From: Gammaproteobacteria bacterium | GTDB taxonomy: Bacteria > Pseudomonadota > Gammaproteobacteria > S012-40 | Length of the DNA stretch: 46,356 nucleotides | Assembly (NCBI GenBank): GCA_015491615.1 | Contig: WFVN01000288.1 | Location: forward strand, 1 to 46,356 | Direction: 5' to 3' | In this document: piece by piece, positions 45,394 to 46,356 of the stretch | Numbering within the stretch: position 1 is the stretch's first letter | How the letters are laid out: each line of letters opens with the position of its first letter | The notes under the pieces: generated by a model | Databases searched by the model: none | What the model was told of the DNA's origin: nothing | The model's input: the letters and a program-made list of their open reading frames with translations, nothing else | Translations under genes and position numbers: made by a program

Positions 45394-46356
45394 TGTAAAG
45401 CCCCCGAATTCCTGGATACTGAATTGCACAAAATTCACGCTGCCTCCGCCACCGGGGGTGTGGGCAGCCCGCACCTGGGCGGGGGTGGCGTAGCGATGCC
45501 GCTGGAGCAACCAGTGCCGGTTGAACCGTTCCTTGAACGCCAGCAGCGCCTGCCGTAGTTCCTCGACGGTGTCGAAGGTCCGTACCCACAGGAGCTGCTC
45601 CTTCAGGGTCCGGTTGAACCGCTTGGCCACACCGTTGCCCTCGGGCGCCCTCACGAAACTGGGGCTGGATTCGATGCCCAAGAAGCGGAGCTCCTGCTGG
45701 AAGGCATGTCAGGTACTGGGGACCATGGTCATGGCGCAGGACGAGGCCTTCGGCGACGCCCTGGGCCAGCGGGCCGCAGTGTCCCCGTATCCCCTGGTGG
45801 ATCGGCTCCAGCGCCTCGAAATGCGTTCCGCGTCGGGCGGCGGGGATGCCCACCACGTCACCGACGAAGTGGTCAACGGCTACGAACACCGTGGCCATTC
45901 CCTCCAGCCGGGTGGGGACCTGGGTGGCGTCGGTACCCCACATGCGGTTCGGGCCCTCCGGGATGGGGCACCCATCGTGGCCCGCCCAGTGCGGGGCCTG
46001 CAGCCGGTGTTCCCGCATCAGGCGCCGCACCCGTTCCTTCGAGGCCGGAATATCCCGATGCCGCAACCTCGCCCACACCTTGCGATAGCCCTCGCCCCGA
46101 AAGCCCAGGGCCTCCGCCTCACGCAGCACCTCGCGGATTCCCTCCGCCATCTCCTCGTCCGACAACACCGGCTTGCGACCCCGCTTCCGGCCCGGAACCG
46201 GTCGTTCGGCGGCTGCCTGCCGCGCATAATGCGTGGAGCGGGCCAGGCCCCACAGCCGACACACCCGGACCTTGCCATAGACACGCCGCGCGGAGACCGA
46301 GCAGGCCCGGCTCACGGATTCGATCTCCGCTTCCCGAAAGGGGGCTCGCCCTCGAA
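45394..46356 (-). mobile_element. IS3-family insertion sequence, partial (continues past the right edge)
   Basis: OrfB-type transposase signatures: CRLWGLARSTHYARQ, GYRKVWARLRH, KERVRRLMREHRL; rve core WGTDATQV, VAVDHFVGDVVG, HDHGPQY, PEGNGVAKRFNRTLKEQ. A putative terminus TGTAAAGCCCCC at 45394 gives the TG...CA end typical of IS3. The boundary is inferred from one end only. Confidence 0.75.

Larger units (their letters stand above)
45286..46356 (-). pseudogene. IS3-family OrfB transposase, frameshifted inside the DDE (rve) domain
   Basis: The frame of track ORF 45290..46315 carries the domain up to HDHGPQYLT. The continuation (HA)FQQELRFLGIESSPSFVRAPEGNG... is in the frame of ORF 45286..45681. 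The switch is at ~45707-45712. The reading frame is open to the window edge upstream and has no stop before leaving the putative IS end. Confidence 0.7.

Overview
GC-rich proteobacterial chromosomal segment. The gene order looks gamma/beta-proteobacterial, and most of it is core housekeeping. Left to right: icd 3' end, clpS-clpA, infA, a DUF3579 gene, a CBS-domain gene, two small membrane ORFs, then the long minus-strand block pnp-rpsO-truB-rbfA-infB-nusA-rimP. Next comes an ~8 kb non-housekeeping block (13.3-21.3 kb): an extra FtsH-type protease, an operon of unknown protein + Roadblock/LC7 + protoglobin, and a divergent operon of a divergent ExeA-like ATPase + outer-membrane beta-barrel. After it: a stand-alone initiator tRNA-fMet, yciI-bolA-ppiC-type PPIase, ligA, smc, queF-FGGY kinase-cysZ, and a lipoprotein multicopper oxidase with a long N-terminal extension. 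Then lysS-prfB (classic +1 frameshift found), a cluster of orphan exported proteins including a Gly/Met-repeat protein, ygiQ, a Tat-signal M15 peptidase, an HDOD protein, dusA, an MltB-type transglycosylase, and a frameshifted IS3-family transposase cut by the right edge. I saw no CRISPR array, no rRNA and no recognisable defence, toxin-antitoxin or phage genes. The best candidate for something undescribed is the 15.7-21.3 kb divergent cluster. It combines a heme-globin sensor, a Roadblock protein with no GTPase partner, an unknown protein, an ExeA-like ATPase with a TonB-like Pro-rich spacer and NTF2-like periplasmic head, and an OM barrel. It sits inside a block that splits the usually contiguous initiator-tRNA/rimP-nusA-infB unit. 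Many long ORFs in the track are antisense shadows of real genes, typical of high-GC DNA, and were rejected. All family assignments come from motif recognition by eye; no database search was run.
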